DNA of 62,045 nucleotides from contig JAQBUT010000023.1 of the NCBI GenBank assembly GCA_027623195.1, positions 1 through 62,045 of the forward strand. Direction: 5' to 3'. The stretch's first letter is position 1. Every line of letters starts with the position of its first letter. The stretch comes from Chloroflexota bacterium. Lineage in GTDB: Bacteria; Chloroflexota; Dehalococcoidia; Lucifugimonadales; JADFKI01. The notes beneath the pieces were generated by a model, which saw only the letters and a list, made by a program, of their open reading frames with translations, was not told where the DNA came from and ran no database searches. Shown piece after piece: positions 60,595-62,045 of this stretch. The position numbers and the translations under genes were made by a program.

Positions 60595-61116
60595 TCAGTC
60601 CAGCCAGGGCATGAATTGTCGCCACTCGTCCAGTATGCTCCTGTGATGGAACATGTAGTAAGGGTTTGGACGGGGCACTACGGGCTCTTTGAGAAGCTTC
60701 ATATTCGCCTCTTTGGGCGTGGAGCCGGCCTTGCTGTGATTGCAGGGAATGCAGGCGCTGACAACATTTTCCCAGACGTGAGGGCCTCCTCGAGAGCGTG
60801 GGATAATGTGATCCAGCGTTAAGTCCTTAACCCCTTTGCCGCAATACTGGCACTTGAAGCCGTCACGATAGAATATGGCTCTTCGAGACAGCCTTCGGCG
60901 GACCAGCGGCCTCTTGACCATGTAGATGAGGCGTATGACTGATGGGATGGGGATCTTCTGGGAGACGGTATGGACGTATCCTCGGCCGTTGATTAGCAAC
61001 TCGGCCTTGCCATGTCCCATTAGCACTATGGCGCGGCGAGCGTTGCAGACGTTCAGAGGCTGGTAATTCTGGTTCAGTACCAGCACGGGTGTATTTATCA
61101 ACGTACCACTAGTCAT
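60595..61116 (-). CDS. HNH endonuclease family protein
   Basis: VLVLNQNYQPL, RDGFKCQYCG, TLDHIIPRSRGG, WENVVSACIPCN..K. Confidence 0.92.
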   Translation of the reverse strand: MTSGTLINTPVLVLNQNYQPLNVCNARRAIVLMGHGKAELLINGRGYVHTVSQKIPIPSVIRLIYMVKRPLVRRRLSRRAIFYRDGFKCQYCGKGVKDLTLDHIIPRSRGGPHVWENVVSACIPCNHSKAGSTPKEANMKLLKEPVVPRPNPYYMFHHRSILDEWRQFMPWLD

Positions 61117-61140
61117 AAATATCTTATTGCCGATTGAGGT

Positions 61141-61788
61141 TTACACGTCGATTCTACTTTTCAGTATATCAAAAGATATCTTGAAATCAGAAGGGACGAA
61201 TCCCAAGGCGCTTCCAGGCAGCGCATCGGCGATGTTAATGAAGGTGGGAACTATACTGGAACTCTTCAGCGCGCCCTCAATAGACTCCTTCGTGTGCTGC
61301 ACTCGTGGCACGCGACTGGCGACGGCGCCTGCAATGCCCTCATCTGGCAGATCGAAATTGTAAGTAAACCTGGCCATTACGATGATGATGGCGCCTATGA
61401 CGACGAAGCCGGTTACCAGCCCGAGTACTACACCCCCAACGCGGTCCACGGTGCTTACCAGTCCCAGTGTGGCTAGGCCGACTATGGGCCTGAGGGTCTT
61501 CCATGCGGTTTTGCCCACGAACAAGGAAAGGGCCATTATTACGACGTAAGATATCACGGTGACTATCGTGTCACTGGCTATGGAGCCCGCCAATAAGCCA
61601 CCTACCTCGTCGCTGAGTTGGCCGGCCAGCATCCAGCCGATAATTAGAGAGCCAGCGTTCACAGCCGCTCCGATCAGGCCAGTTTTGAGGCCTTGAAATG
61701 CGGCTCCCCCCAGTATTACTAATAAAACTATGTCAAGAATATTCAAATCGCTACCTCGCTTGCGGGCATTCGATTGCGCTATTTGCAA
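61141..61788 (-). CDS. cvpA: CvpA (colicin V production) family membrane protein
   Basis: NILDIVLL..G..GLKTG, DRVGGVVLG; four TM segments. True start probably near LNILD. Confidence 0.8.
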   Translation of the reverse strand: MQIAQSNARKRGSDLNILDIVLLVILGGAAFQGLKTGLIGAAVNAGSLIIGWMLAGQLSDEVGGLLAGSIASDTIVTVISYVVIMALSLFVGKTAWKTLRPIVGLATLGLVSTVDRVGGVVLGLVTGFVVIGAIIIVMARFTYNFDLPDEGIAGAVASRVPRVQHTKESIEGALKSSSIVPTFINIADALPGSALGFVPSDFKISFDILKSRIDV

Positions 61789-62045
61789 CGTAGTCTAGCA
61801 TAGGCCGGGCGACGGCTAAAGGCGGTTGCGGAGTCGCTTCCGGTTGATGTCTGAGGAGACGCTTCCAGGCTAATGTTTCTCTGTCTGTCCGTCGCGAAGG
61901 GCTGGAAAAATTTTCATGATTTAAGGTGGATCTACTTATTCAAACAACAATGAGACCAAATTAAGAGAGTCTTCCGCTACTTGGGGGCGGGTCTCAATGC
62001 CGGATGGTACTGCCACCTCTTGCTCCTGTAAATACCTCCTTGATT

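Noticed and set aside
60595..61116. HNH gene as a homing endonuclease or CRISPR-associated nuclease
   Set aside because: It is a stand-alone short HNH protein of a common chromosomal type, with no intron, array, RuvC motifs or methyltransferase nearby.

Overview
A gene-dense bacterial chromosomal window. The gene content (luciferase-like monooxygenase, two CaiB/BaiF CoA-transferases, MmgE/PrpD, enolase-superfamily enzyme, DUF1800 plus NHL propeller, three MFS transporters) suggests Chloroflexota, probably Dehalococcoidia/SAR202; this taxonomy is inference. Housekeeping content: ribD-ribE-ribBA-ribH operon, lepB, trxB, pyrD, thrC-like, rbsK, crcB, tRNA-Lys(UUU) and tRNA-Gln(UUG). Also present are an ECF sigma/anti-sigma pair with an adjacent candidate target promoter, a MoxR-DUF58-DUF4129 operon and many catabolic enzymes. 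I found no CRISPR array, rRNA, integrase or transposase. The most interesting signal is that two unrelated secreted proteins (31049-32353 and 55967-57817) both end in a Pro/Thr-rich stalk, a G-x-[AG]-C-S-x-P motif, a hydrophobic helix and an Arg cluster, which may be an undescribed Cys-type C-terminal protein-sorting signal. Other notable items: three single-lesion gene disruptions (two frameshifts, one in-frame TAG), a DUF429 gene that appears cut by foreign sequence at the window edge, an actinobacterial-type mycothiol-dependent dehydrogenase, a candidate leaderless 41-aa membrane microprotein, a REP-like palindrome and AT-rich single-gene insertions. All family calls come from motif recognition by eye; no database searches were run.
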